From Antedon mediterranea (Eukaryota; Animalia; Echinodermata), in NCBI RefSeq assembly GCF_964355755.1, contig NC_092674.1, positions 14,880,001-14,944,000 on the forward strand: a stretch of DNA of 64,000 bases, given 5' to 3'. How positions within the stretch are numbered: the first letter of the stretch is position 1; each line of letters opens with the position of its first letter. Positions 13,500 through 25,799 of the stretch are shown here, piece by piece. Below the pieces are notes generated by a model. The model worked only from the letters and a program-made list of their open reading frames with translations. It was not told the DNA's origin and ran no database searches. The translations under genes were made by a program, and so were the position numbers.

Positions 13500-15012
13500 G
13501 TGCTAAGGACTTACAATAATAGGCATAAGCTTAAAAAATTTGAAAAGCATCGTGACGCTCTACCCATCTGGTTTTGCAAAGTTCTTTGAATTTACTTCGT
13601 TTATTGGTATACCCATCATATTTCTTATCAACGGTATTGTACGAGATTGAATAATACATCTGTTTAACCGATAGGCAGCACACCAGAAAGGTAAGGCTTT
13701 TGGATATAACCGACATATTCCCTGGGGCGGATTGCAATAAGGTCTTAACCGCAGTCTTACACTTAAGCCCAAGATGAAACCCTTAGCAATGATGGTCTTA
13801 GATTTAAGACCATTGCAATAAAAGAAGTCTTAGCCTTAGAATTTCAGCGCCGTGGTCTTAGATTCCAAGCCTCCTCCAGGCAGGCTTACGCTCCTAGGCT
13901 AGCTAGTAATTTCATGGCGAAATTAACTTTTTAAATACTGCTGTGAATTGATTTTATGATACTAGTGTAGAAAAGGGGTATTGAACTATAAGACATGTGT
14001 ATTATTATTTTTATCTACCAATTGTTTCAGTAGATAAAATCTATATAGGCCCACACCTACCTGACGATCAATTTCTATTAGCGGTCCACAACCGCACAAA
14101 CAAGCTGTACGCATATTCTCCATACTCGGCCTAGCGCTACACTATTTTGACCAAGAAAAGACTACATATAGTAGCATACTGTATTTAAAATTTATTTTTT
14201 TGAAATATTTGTTTGTAAACTTTAAGCATGTATTAATTAACCAATATTTACTATCAAATTACATACAATTTTGTTGCCAATATTTTTAATTACTTGCTGA
14301 AATCTCCTAGTATTTACGTAATCTTAACGCTATTGAATAGGCAGTGTGTCCATTCATGCATTAAAATGGCCTCAATATGTCCTACTGAGGAGCTTGTCGC
14401 TACTCCTTATTGTTAAATTACTCTATTTGCACTTGTTGGTATAGCGCCCTCATTTTTCGGTAACTATAGGCTGGTTTGATTGTTTGAAATTCTTTACTAA
14501 TAAAGTCTCAGTTAAGACCGCTATATTGCAATCGACTTTGCTGAGAGGCTTAACTAAGACTTTCGCGAGGGGCTTAGGGCTTAGATCTAAGCCTAAGACA
14601 AAGTCTTTATATTGCAATCCGCCCCTGTACCATTGTAACATTGACTTCTTATTTTTCTTGGATCGGGGATCGAGTCCAATGTCTTTATCATTTTTTGGAG
14701 GACATGACTGAGATGCTCACCAGTAGTGCTCTCACTGACATCTATGAGGCCTATCAACTCTTCACGAATGATGCAACTTTTATCTACAAAGCGTATTGTT
14801 ACAGAGAGCTGTTCTTTATTGGACACATCTCTTCCTTCATCAGCTGAAACACAAAACCAGCCACCTCCTTCCAGACAATCATTCACTATTGTACTTTGAA
14901 TTTTGTTCCCAATAATGTTTATCAGTTTAATTTGGATTTGGATATAATTCGCATTTTTTGGACCATGCTCAAGATGTTGTTCTAACATATCATCACCACC
15001 ACAGAATGTCAA
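13500..15012 (-). pseudogene. hAT (ZMYM1/THAP12-like) transposase remnant, split by a MITE
   Basis: F.VSADE..DVSNKEQLSVTIRFVD...IREE, SQCYNGTGNMS (restored after removing the MITE), LCKTRWVERHDAF. Confidence 0.85.
13725..14624. mobile_element. PIF/Harbinger-like MITE, 900 bp
   Basis: TIR GGGCGGATTGCAATA / TATTGCAATCCGCCC. 3-bp TSD CTG at 13722-24 and 14625-27. Removal restores the hAT reading frame. Confidence 0.85.
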
Positions 15013-16607
15013 GATTCCATAAAATTCATAAAGGGATAAGACAACCGAATATATCTGATACCAAGCAATTTAACCAGAGATCACCAAGCCATTAGCAATA
15101 TTAATTTACAAAGAAAACTAAAGAGTTTGAATGAGCAACAATCAAAAAATGTTACAGAAAAAGAAGTTGTGAGGGTATAGCTAAACTTATCAGACAGCAA
15201 ATTAAATACCATGTCAGAACGGCCTCCAAAACCATCAACTTACAATACAGAATGTACAAATACCAGTAACTCTTAGAACAGTCTTAACTGGAACCACAGA
15301 TGTAAATTTTGATACACAGTAGTATGTGTAACGATTATTGTTTTCAAATTCAAAGCTACTTCGGCTCATAAGTGACATTTAAAAGATTAATTTACACACA
15401 TTTGAGATTGTGGCCTGTATACAATTAGTATAATTAGGTATTAGGTAAGTATAATTGATTTTGCATGCATTCATTATTCCTAGAAATTTCATTCCATCCA
15501 TTTTTTATTGTTTAATTTCCGTTGTTACTACAGTTGTGGAGGCTTGTGATTGAGTAACCATCTTGAGTGGCTAGTTTATTATTACAAAATTATGAATTAA
15601 TATACAGAAGAAAATAATAACGATAATAATAAATCTTACCCGCCCTCGAGTTTTTAAAGACATTTGTCCACTAAAAGTGTGACAAGTTTTTTAGTTCTGT
15701 AGGGTACACATTACTTGCAGCTGTAGTTGTTTCAATTTGATGCACAGCATTTTGAATTGTTTTGAAGTGCCTGTTCTTTGACGTTCTTGCAAATATGGTC
15801 TCCTGTTCCCCTTAAACATAAATCTTCCTTACATCTGCAACATTTAAATGAAACAGAAGTTAATGTATGTTCTAAAATTGTTGGAATTTTGATCAGATTG
15901 TCTTTGTTAAAATTGAATCCACTAAAACATGAAATTGTTTCGAAAGGGCATTAAATAATTTATTGACACAGAAGGTACAAAAGAAATGGGAACAAGGTGT
16001 CTGGATGCTATCAAGTGACAAAAGGTTGTTACAAATATATTATATTGCACTGATAAATTTTGTCAACTTTCTTTAAAATTACAAACTGCCAACTGACTGC
16101 AGGTAGAGGAATCTTTAAAAATACTACCACTCTTGCTTCTTAGATTAGAAGGCTAGTCTTAGCTGATTGGTATACAAATAAACAAGTTACACAATTTTCG
16201 CTATGAGATTTAAACTCAAATGGTGTAGAAATATGTCCCTTACAAAATTTTGAATGGCTGGTTGAGCATAGTGCTTTGGGATGATTATTATTTTCAACAT
16301 CAAATGATTGTGGTGTGTTTTTCATATCTTTTTTTTCCATATTTCTGATTTCATTGGTAGATTTTCAACTGTGCGCAGTAGTATCCCCATTTTACACTTT
16401 CTCTGGGAAAAAAATAGAAACAAGTGTTTCTCAACTGATTTGTGCAAGTTGGAGTCTATATATCCACCAAAAAAAAGTTCCAGCTCATCTGACTTAAAGT
16501 CGCCATTTTGGATTTTTTTAAAATTGCCGCCATAAATTACAGATTTTTGCTCATTACTCCTACAGGGTTGGGTAGGTTTGGCCAGTATGAGTACCTTTTT
16601 ATGGCCA

Positions 16608-17005
16608 GCGATCGGGATTGTTGGAATGAAATCTCAATCGAAATTTTGATAGGGATCCCGATCGGGATCGGGATCGGAATTATTGGTCGGGATTCCCGGT
16701 GGGATCCCGGTGGTAAGCTTTCCCGGTGGGATCCCGGCAGAAATCCCGATCGGGATTGGGAGGAAATTCCCCGCGGGATCCGGTCATTACCCAATCGAAA
16801 TCTTGATCGGGATCCCGATCGGGATTGGGATTATTTGTCGTGATTCCCGGTGGGATCCCGGCCGAAATCCCGATCGGGATTAGCTTTCCCGTTGGGATCC
16901 CGACAGAAATCCCGATCGGGATTGGGAGGAATTCCTGGCGGGATCCGGTTATTCCCGATCGAAATCTCGATCGGGATCGGCGGGATCCGGTCAAAATCCC
17001 GAAAT
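16608..17005. repeat. GC-rich palindromic repeat cluster
   Basis: About five copies of the palindrome ATCCCGATCGGGAT plus many GGGATCC motifs, arranged as two ~170-bp higher-order units. Confidence 0.8.
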
Positions 17006-17397
17006 TTTAAAAATAACTTGATATCACAATATCACGATATTGTGATTCTCGGCTGAAATCGGGGTTATTAGTCGCCTAAAATTCCGGCTGCCCGATCAAA
17101 ATGGTGGTGGTGGATGGTGGGATTCGGTGGTTTCTGTCGGACGAATGTGTCCAACTGTAACCCTATTGATCCTGGTCGATTAACAGTTCACTTGTTTAAA
17201 ATTCTATCGGGTTGTCAGCGGCAGGATAGCAGGTTTTCTCTCGTACGGAAACGGCACAGCATAGAGGTAACAGAAACCTGACTTAAGAAAAAAAACAAGT
17301 AAGTCAAATCAATTTAACTTCAACGATTTAATTATTAATTAATTCATTTCATTGTTTTGCATGTTTCATTGTTTTATTAATTTCATTTTGTTGTCAT

Positions 17398-18378
17398 TTA
17401 ATTGATTTTGTATTTGTTGTTTCTTATTGCTCTGATTTTATCATTCAATTTCTTAACAATTTCCTCCTATACGTTTTGTTTTTTTGTGTCCTCGATGTTA
17501 AAGCAAGCGAAGATATGACCTGAAAATTAAAATAAAAATTGATTTAAAACAATGTTTTTAATTAGATACAATCAACTTAACTTAATAAAAGAAACAAAAC
17601 TAAGGTCTGATAAATTTCACTACTATTTTATATGTTTTATAGAAAAGGGAGTTGGTAAACATGTTGTTTCGTCACACTTAAAATTGTGTTTTGTTCAGCT
17701 CAATTGTTTTGTTTACATAAATTATACAACCTATAGTTATATTTAAAAAGTTAGTTAAATCTCAGTCCTCACTTCTCAGTGCCTTTCTTTCTTTTTCGGC
17801 CAATGGCTGCTTGTTCTTGCCATGGCCGTATATTGTTATGTCAGCACATTCCTCCCGGGTGACCACCATTTCAAGGAGAGAGAGTGCCAGCTTCTCCACT
17901 GTGGTGCTGAAGCGTTCACAGCTTTTTAGTCTGTGAGCGTTGACACGCACTCCCCATTTGGCGTCACCCAAGTATGCCATACCTGTCAAAAGAAATTAAT
18001 GCTAATAGTTAATGCAGTCGTTAAATTTGCAGTTATATCGTTATCGCTGTTCTATTATTTATTAAGTTGTTTTTTATTGTATTGTTAACATTGTTTACAC
18101 AAATTTGAAGTCTCTTTTTAACGGCAGTACAAGACAGACTGCAACGGAACGTGAGATAATTAACAGACCGTTTACACTAACATGTTTTTATTGTTTGATT
18201 TGCGTACTGGAATCGAGCTGATGAATTAATTGTTATTTCGAAAATTATTTGTTGAGGTATTAGGCTATTGGTTACCCAGCTGATGAATGCAACGTAAGCA
18301 TTCCTGTATATATTTGCATGTTCTTTTATAATATTATACAGGAGATCCAAACCAACAGTCAATGCATCCTATAGGCTC

Positions 18379-18413
<35 letters not shown>

Positions 18414-19167
18414 TACATGATAATGCATGGTAATAGTCAACAAATATGCATACAAATATAATATTTAAATAATATATCGATGCATTGCCTGTCCTGGGTT
18501 TACCCAGTTAATTTGTTTGTTTTTCAGTACAGTCACATCAACAAACACTAAGTGATCACAAACGTGAATTATTTCTATTTGCAAACCAATTGGTAAACGG
18601 TTTTCGAATCGATTCTACTTGATTACATTGGATAATTAAATTATGGTTCAATGGGTTAATCGATAAAATTGTCTTACCATCATTGTTTTCTTCATCCATA
18701 GGAGGAGAATCTTCGGTCATTGAGGATTCTGTAAAATAACAAATACTTTCATTAGATTAAGTTAGGTGGTTGAGTGGTGATGATGATCATTGGCTAATAC
18801 ATTTATTTCAGAAACCGAATAATTTTAAATCACAGAACTGCATTGTCTGTTTACAATAAAATAAACATTTCTTATAAAAATAGTAGTATAGGTATATATA
18901 TTATAAATAATAATTATGTCATGCTAACTCATTTTTTCCGTCATTGATTTCAATACATACAAATGATCTAATTAAACCAAAATAAGTGTGTATACATTAA
19001 AGTGTGAACAGGTGTTTTATAGTTCTGTCGCTGTATAGATTTTAGGCAAATAATGAATGAGAATGGAGAAAAATCACACTTTTATATATTTTAGAAATCC
19101 TACCTAAGGCTTCGGTGTTGTCTTCAACAGGTGGTGTGCGCACGGTTGCACTCGGCGTTTTCATTTC
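17398..19167 (-). pseudogene. Spliced BEN-domain gene (exons 19167-19104, 18728-18678, 17982-17773, 17519-17398)
   Basis: GT-AG introns with consistent phase 1 give EMKTPSATVRTPPVEDNTEAL-ESSMTEDSPPMDEENND-GMAYLGD...KLALSLLEMVVTREECADITIYGHGKNKQPLAEKERKALR-SHIFACFNIEDTKKQNV*EEIVKKLNDKIRAIR. TAG at 17467-69 lies at the conserved BEN Trp position. AATAAA follows the stop. Confidence 0.75.
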
Positions 19168-19365
19168 CTAGCATTACACAAAAATAACGTGTATATTTAT
19201 TAAAGATAGAAAGTTTTGTGATCTTTAAAATAAGAACCATCATGTTAGTGGTTGATTTTTATTCTATTAGTCGTCAATGATAGCTGTGATATTTTAGTTT
19301 AGTGTTATTTATATTTCGTTAGTGTGTATTGATATGCTCCAGCTTCGGCGGATGAATAAAAAGAA

Positions 19366-19368
<3 letters not shown>

Positions 19369-19396
<28 letters not shown>
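19369..19396. repeat. (TA)n microsatellite
   Basis: Direct reading. Confidence 0.95.
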
Positions 19397-19399
<3 letters not shown>

Positions 19400-19417
19400 C
19401 CAAAGGCAAATTACTGA

Positions 19418-19625
19418 AAAAAAATGACATTGCTGTGGATATCAGTGGCTGGATCTCAATGGAGATACAAAAATAAAAAGCGAAAAGCTAAATCAAAACG
19501 ATAAAGTAAACAGCCAGAAAAGTTAGCAGAGCTTTCGGGCAACACTAGCCCTTCATCAGTGCAAGTGAAGGAATTTGGATAACGTCAGAGTATAAAGCTG
19601 GCAAGTGCTGCCTGGGTGGACAGGA
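19418..19625 (-). mobile_element. Penelope-like pseudo-LTR fragment; partial inverted copy at ~38055-38138
   Basis: Contains a minimal hammerhead followed by a T-rich tract. GTATCTCCATTGAGATCCAGCCACTGATA is shared with ~38097-38126. Confidence 0.6.
19524..19564 (-). ncRNA. Minimal type I hammerhead ribozyme (Penelope-type)
   Basis: UUGCA-CUGAUGA-A-GGGC[UAGUGUU]GCCC-GAAA-GCUC/UGCUA. Both core boxes, 4-bp stem II, palindromic AGCU stem III, stem I GCA/UGC. Confidence 0.7.
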
Positions 19626-20029
19626 ATAAAAGAAATATAACATACCGTAAAAAACACCGTCGCAATTGTAACTTAAGATTTGAAGCAGTCTTTCTATTCA
19701 AGTACATGTCTAAACACTTAGAATAGTTGATTTTAGTCGTAGGGGTGTTTATTAATAAAATTAAACCCTATAAGAATAAAGGGGGTTATATGTCGTGTTG
19801 TATGTATATGACACTTGGTAGACATTCAGTATTTCTTGAATTTTAAAAAAAAAACCGGATTATATGTTTAGTAAATTAGTTTAGTAATGTTTCCTTAATG
19901 ATTCTAAATCTGGAAAATTTGCTATACCTGAAATTTAAAATAAACATTGTATTTATTGAAGTTTAACAACACACAACAACACCATCATTAGGCGAATTAA
20001 AACGGTGACTACTTCTTCGCATGCAGCTA

Positions 20030-20180
20030 AAGTAAAATGACGTCACGTTAAAGACTTTGAATTCAAAGATCCCACTCCTCCACGCATGCGCAGTATGCAT
20101 GCATCGGGCGGCGCGAGAAGAGGATCGGCGGGAAGCGAGCCGTGGGGTGGTAGTGAAAAACTTTTTTGATGCTTGGTATG
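20030..20180 (+). promoter_or_regulatory. CpG-rich putative promoter / non-coding first exon of the YR gene
   Basis: TGACGTCA (CRE-like), CGCATGCGCA (NRF1-like), GC-rich tract, donor-like GGTATG at ~20175. Confidence 0.4.
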
Positions 20181-20254
20181 CATAAATTAACTACTAATAT
20201 TTACTAGGCTAGTTTGAAACAACTAACAACCAATAATATACAGGTCTATTAAGG

Positions 20255-20845
20255 CTAGTGAGGCTAGGCCCGGGCCAGCGAGAGGGTCTACAAGTACCCT
20301 TATTCTATACGATACGTCGTCTAGGTAGGCCTAGCCTATTATGCCAAGTAGGCCTAGTAGGTAGGTAGGCTAAGCCTAGGCTACTAGATCGGTAGGCCTA
20401 TACTACTACTAGCTAGCGGGAGGGGCCTTATTAGTTAGGCCTTGCCCTGGCCTAGTCTAGCCTAAAAAGAGAGTAGCCTAGCCTAGGCCTAGCCCTACTA
20501 CTACTAGGCCTAGGCTATATAATAATAAGCTTAGAAGCCGACTAAGGTTATAATATTATAGGCCCTCTAGGCCTAAACCTACAAAAATGTTGACATTTAC
20601 AATGTCAAATTCAAAAGGATGCCTAGCTCTAGGCCTAGGCTAGGCCTAGGAAGAGTTATAAAATACGAACTCACTCTACTAAGAGCTAGGCCTAGGTAGA
20701 CCCCTACTAGGCCTAGAGTAGGCCTACCCTATGCCTAGGCTACTTTCTACTTCTACAGGCCTAAAGTAGCCTAGTAGTAGGCACTAGTAGTCTAGGTTAA
20801 CTTTTAGAGGGTTAGCCTATTTTTTAGGTAGCTATGCTTAGTACT
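20255..20845. repeat. TAGGCCTA/CTAG-rich low-complexity tract
   Basis: Dense irregular repetition of TAGGCCTA, TAGGCTA and TAGTAG. Confidence 0.85.
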
Positions 20846-20855
20846 CTAGTAGAAG

Positions 20856-21836
20856 GGGTGTCACGAAAGCTCAGACCACGAAAGCTCAGACCCCCTAAGA
20901 CCTAAGATCACGAAAGCTAAGACCCAACACCTAAGATTACAAATACTAAGATATACTACAGCTTAAAAACAATACTTGTTTATCCATACATAATTTTAAA
21001 CACAGTAGGTTTCATTTATTACCATAAATATAATTTAATACTACCGCAAAACATAGATAAACTCACATTATTTTCGCCCGTTGAGTAAATGTATATTTTT
21101 TCTTTACAACAAACAAATTTGACGGGTTGTTTGTTGGTATATATTTACTCCATTGTGTTGCTTCAGAGGATGGTTTTCTTACGCACCTGCCTTTCTTGTA
21201 TTTTGACTCCAAATTTGTTGATTAACTTTATCCTGAACACCACACTTTAAAATTAGGACTTATAAGTACTTTCAGAAGGAGAAACACATAATAACAAATA
21301 AATAAATCCTTTAAATTGATGATTTTACAGATGTGTTTCTTTGTATACTGTAATGACAATGTAACTCCTCGAGCTCCCCATGCTCAATGTTTTTGTTTCT
21401 ATGGAGCGCCAAAAGAGCAACAATAATAGTACAAGTATAAAAACAGAAAGAAAACGAAACAAAAAATTTAAATTTTACATTGTTTCATCCACACTGTAGA
21501 TGGACTCCACAGAGTTTTCAGCCCTCTATATAATTTTTGCTCTACTTACTTATTTACTTTAATTTTTAGGCCTACTGTACTGTAGGCTAGTCATTTTGTG
21601 TGCGAGAAAAACGTCTGTAAAATCATCAATTTAAAAATGTATTTGTTACTTTTTATGTGATTCTTTTTCATGAAAGTGCCAATTCTAAGGTGTGGTATTC
21701 AGAATAAATGTTGGGAGTTAAAATACAAGGCAGGTGCGAAAGATAAATATTTGTAATCTTAGGTGTTGGGTCTTAGCTTTCGTGATCTTAGGTCTTAGGG
21801 GTCTGAACTTTCGTGGTCTGAGCTTTCGTGACACCC
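20856..21836. mobile_element. MULE-like MITE, copy A
   Basis: ~88-bp TIRs GGGTGTCACGAAAGCT.../...AGCTTTCGTGACACCC. TSD CTAGTAGAAG at 20846-55 and 21837-46 (10 bp, or 8 bp if the TIR starts GGGG). Confidence 0.85.
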
Positions 21837-21954
21837 CTAGTAGAAGTGGTAGGATGAGCCAGGTTTTTCTGTGACTTTTTTTTATGATTCTCATTCATAT
21901 GGGATTATGGGGGCTATGAAGGCAGTACATAGGCAAGTACAGCACTTTGAAGTG

Positions 21955-24210
21955 GGGTGTCACGAAACCTAAGACCACGAAAGCTAAGACCCCCTAAGAC
22001 CTAAGATCACTAAAGCTAAGACCCAAGACCTAAGATTACAAATATTTATCTTTCGCACCTGTCTTGTATTTTAACTCCCAACATTTATTCTGAATACCAC
22101 ACCTTAGAATTGGCACTTTTATGAAAAAGTATCACATAAAAAGTAACAAATACAATTTTAAATTGATGATTTTACAGACATTTTTCTCGCACACAAACTG
22201 TTTGCGAATTTCGCATGACTAGCCTACAGAGTACAGTAGGCCTACCCCTGTTCAATTAGCCTGGGTGCAGTACAAATTTTGCGGGAAAAAAGTATAGGAA
22301 AATTGTTTTCTTTTTTTTCTGATAGAGTATACCATATAGAATGTCAGAAAAAAAATCCCCATCCCAGGGTCTTGGGGAAAATTTTTTACGGCACTTTCAA
22401 ATTTTGGCCTATATAACACACACAAATGCCTATTACACACACAAATACCTATATATAGGGGATAGGGAAAACAAATTCACGTTTTTTTTACTTGGAGTTG
22501 TGTTATGATAATTAAAATTTGCTGAGGCTTACTTTAATAACTACTTCTCATAGTAGTTGATAAATCGAGTCGATAACAATGACATCATCATGCCAGAATC
22601 CAATATGGCGTCCAATTTGGCGGAAAAAACAGGGTATTGCTAAACCCCTGCAAACCCTTGCAAACCTAAAAAAAAAACATAGCAAACCCCACCGAACCAA
22701 CATAAAAGTGATTGAATCATGTAGTGTACGATCCACTGGGTATATCCATGTAAAAAAAAAATTAAATTTCTACTGTTAACTACTTATTTTTGGGGTAAAA
22801 CATCATTTTTTGGTCAAAAATGATTGCTAAACCCTGCAAACCTCCAAAAAAACATAGCAAACCCCACCGAACCAACATAATAAAAGTGATTGAATTATGT
22901 AGTGTACGACCCACTGGGTATATCCATGTAAAAAAATATTGAATTTCTACTGTTTTACCCCAAAAATAAGTAGTTAACAGTATAAATTTTTAATTTTTTT
23001 TACATGGACATACCTAGTGGGTCGTACACTCCATGATTCAATCACTTTTATGTTGGTTCGGTGGGGTTTTCTATGTTTTTTTTCCAGGTTTCCAGGGGTT
23101 TGAGGGGGTTTAGCAATACTCTGTTTTTCCCGCCAAATTGGACGCCATATTGGATTCTGGCATGATGATGTCATCGTATCGACTTGATTCATCAACTACT
23201 ATGAGAAGCAGTTATTAAAGTAAGCCTCTACTAATTTTAATCATTAAAACACAACTGCAAGTAACAAAAACTGTTAATTGATTTTCCCTATCCCCTATAT
23301 ATAGGTATTTGTGTGTGTTAATAGAAATTTGTGTGTGTTATATAGGCCAAAATTTAAAAATGCCATAAAAAATTTTCCCCAAGACCCTGGGATGGGGATT
23401 TTTTTTCTGACATTCTATATGGTATACTCTATTAGAAAAACCAAAAAAAAATTTTCCTATACTTTTTTCCCGCAAATGTGTATAATAATTGTTCTGCACC
23501 CAGGCTAAATGTTTTTGTTTCTATGGAACGTCAAAAGAGCAAAAATTATATAGAGGGCTGAAAACTCTGTGGAGTCCATCTACAGTGTGGATGGAACAAT
23601 GTAAAATTAAAATTGTAATGATAATAGTATATCATGCAAGTACGAAGAAAGAAATACTGGCAAATAAATTTTAATTTAAAAATCATGATAATAAGTTTTT
23701 TTGTTTCGTTTTCTTTCTGTTTTTATACTTGTAATATATGTTGTTCTTTTGGCGCTTCATAGAAACAAAAACATTGAGCATGGGGGGAGCTCGAGGAGTT
23801 ATCTCTATGAGTATACAAAGAAACATGTCTGTAAAATCATCAATTTAAAGGATTTATTTATTTGTTTTTATGTGTTTCTCCTTCTGAAAGTACTTATAAA
23901 TCCTAATTTTAAAGTGTGGTATTCAGGATAAAGTTAGTCAACAAATTTGGAGTCAAAATACAAGAAAGGCAGGTGCGTAAGAAAAACATTCTCTGAACCA
24001 ACACAATGGAGTAAATATATACCAACAAACAACCCGTCAAGTTTGTTTATTGTAAACCTACTGTGTTTAAAATTATGTATGGATAAACAAGTATTGTTTT
24101 TAAGCTGTAGTATATCTTAGAATTTGTAATCTTAGGTCTTGGGTCTTAGCTTTCGTGATCTTAGGTCTTAGGGGGTCTTAGCTTTCGTGGTCTTACGTTT
24201 CGTGACACCC
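21955..24210. mobile_element. MULE-like MITE, copy B (inverted relative to A; carries a nested foldback)
   Basis: Same TIR family. TSD CTTTGAAGTG at 21945-54 and 24211-20. Interior is largely the reverse complement of copy A. Confidence 0.85.
22257..23507. mobile_element. Foldback MITE with >500-bp TIRs, possibly Academ-type
   Basis: Ends TAGCCTGGGTGCAG / CTGCACCCAGGCTA. 3-bp TSD AAT. Mirror-image ORFs (22252-22440 vs 23311-23508; 22579-22779 vs 22974-23195) confirm the long inversion. Confidence 0.8.
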
Positions 24211-24723
24211 CTTTGAAGTGCTGTAGGTCTTGTTTGTCTGTTAAAGATAGTCTTTAGGTTTACCATCTCATAAGTCATACCCTCTAAAAACTGCTTTATC
24301 ACTAATGTGCTTAGTAACCTATACTAGTACTACACAGACAAGCATATTATAAATTGTATAAACTAAGTAAACCTAAATCTACTTTAACCTTACGTTAAAA
24401 TGAGTCAATTCTCAGCTGTATCACAAATTTCATTTTCAATTTCAAATAATTTTCCCTCAAAACAGAAGCTTGTGGTATACATTGTGTACAGTAAATAAGT
24501 GCATTTTGATTTTATAGCTATTCAAATTCTAGTTTTTTTTTAAACTCTAGGAAGGTAATCAATCCTGAAACCGATGGCACTCTCTTTTGAAGATGTGTTT
24601 AGAGATTTAAAGAAATCGTAAGTACACATAATATGAATAGGGTTGATACGAGGCCTAATTCAATTATTTCCATTAAGCTTATTGATTACGTTTGACTATC
24701 ATCAAATCGTTGACTTTAATTGA

Positions 24724-24900
24724 TCTTTACTCAAATTAATAAAACCCATGTCTGTCTGTCTGTCCGGGTTTATTGAAAGACTAGGGGTTGCACGATCTTC
24801 AAACTAATAAGTAACCCTGAGGATATAGGTGAGTATGAATCTGATAAATGATGTTTTAAATTACATTTGAAACTTGCTCTGGGGTAGGTATACTTACTGG
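24724..24900 (+). mobile_element. Short non-autonomous Helitron-like element
   Basis: A^TCTTTACT...ATAAAA start, (GTCT)n microsatellite, near-palindrome GTAGGTATACTTAC overlapping the CTGG^T end. Confidence 0.45.
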
Positions 24901-25799
24901 TAGATAAAAAACATTATTACTGTATTATTATACATTCCAGATGTGGCCAATTAAAAAAGTACAGTTAGTTAATGTTTAAAAGTGACATTCAAAATGGTAA
25001 GGTTGCAAATCTACAAATGCAAATATTTTCTGTACAATTAAATTCGGCTGACCTATGAATATATTAATCTAGTAATTTAGTTGAATGAGAATTTTACAAC
25101 CATTTTCTGACTTGTATTGTATATTCTTTTTATTTCAGAGGTAGAATAAGGGATGACGACTCATCAAGTGATGAAGAAACTGCTACTATCTTGACTACCA
25201 CGGAAATGTAAATATTTACCAAATTGAATTGCTCAGTTTGTAATTTTTAATTTGCATTCATTGTATAGCCCATTTTTCTAAAAAAGGAAGACATGATGAT
25301 CGTTGTTCTTCCAAACCGCTTTCAGAAAATGATTATCAAAGTTATTAGAAATATTTATATTTTTAAATAAGCAATAGAACGAAAAGTTATTGTAGTAGAC
25401 TAAACACCTTTGTTAGCAATGTTGAGTACAACATTGTGTAGTATTTTGATAAGTATTTTCTGTTAATTTCAGTGGTACAATAAGGAGTGGCAACTCATAC
25501 AGTGAAGATAATTCAAACAAAACTACTTTCTTACCAACAACAAAAATGTAAATATTTGCCAAATTAAATTGCTATTTAACACGATGCACTTGTAATTTTT
25601 AATCATGTATCTTGGAATAGTCTATTTTTCAAAAGGGACTAGGAATATTTATATTTTTTAATAAGCAATAGAACGAAGAGTTATTGTATTGTTGTATTGT
25701 ATTGTCTAGTATTAATTATTATTTTTTTTGTTTCAGTGCTACTGACTGTAACAAAACGTTGTTCACCAAAAAAACGTAAATATTTATTTAATTGAATGC

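Noticed and set aside
15640-16340. Exon-like minus-strand blocks, one Cys/His-rich
   Set aside because: Cannot be linked in phase or assigned to a family.
16508-17056. Six overlapping Gly/Ile/Pro/Arg-rich ORFs
   Set aside because: Artifacts of the stop-poor palindromic repeat cluster.
18215-18305. Two CTGATGA motifs as additional hammerheads
   Set aside because: The first lacks a convincing stem II before GAAA; the second has a hairpin but no GAAA box.
22252-23508. Paired near-identical ORFs on opposite strands
   Set aside because: Produced by the long inverted repeats of the foldback MITE; no protein features.
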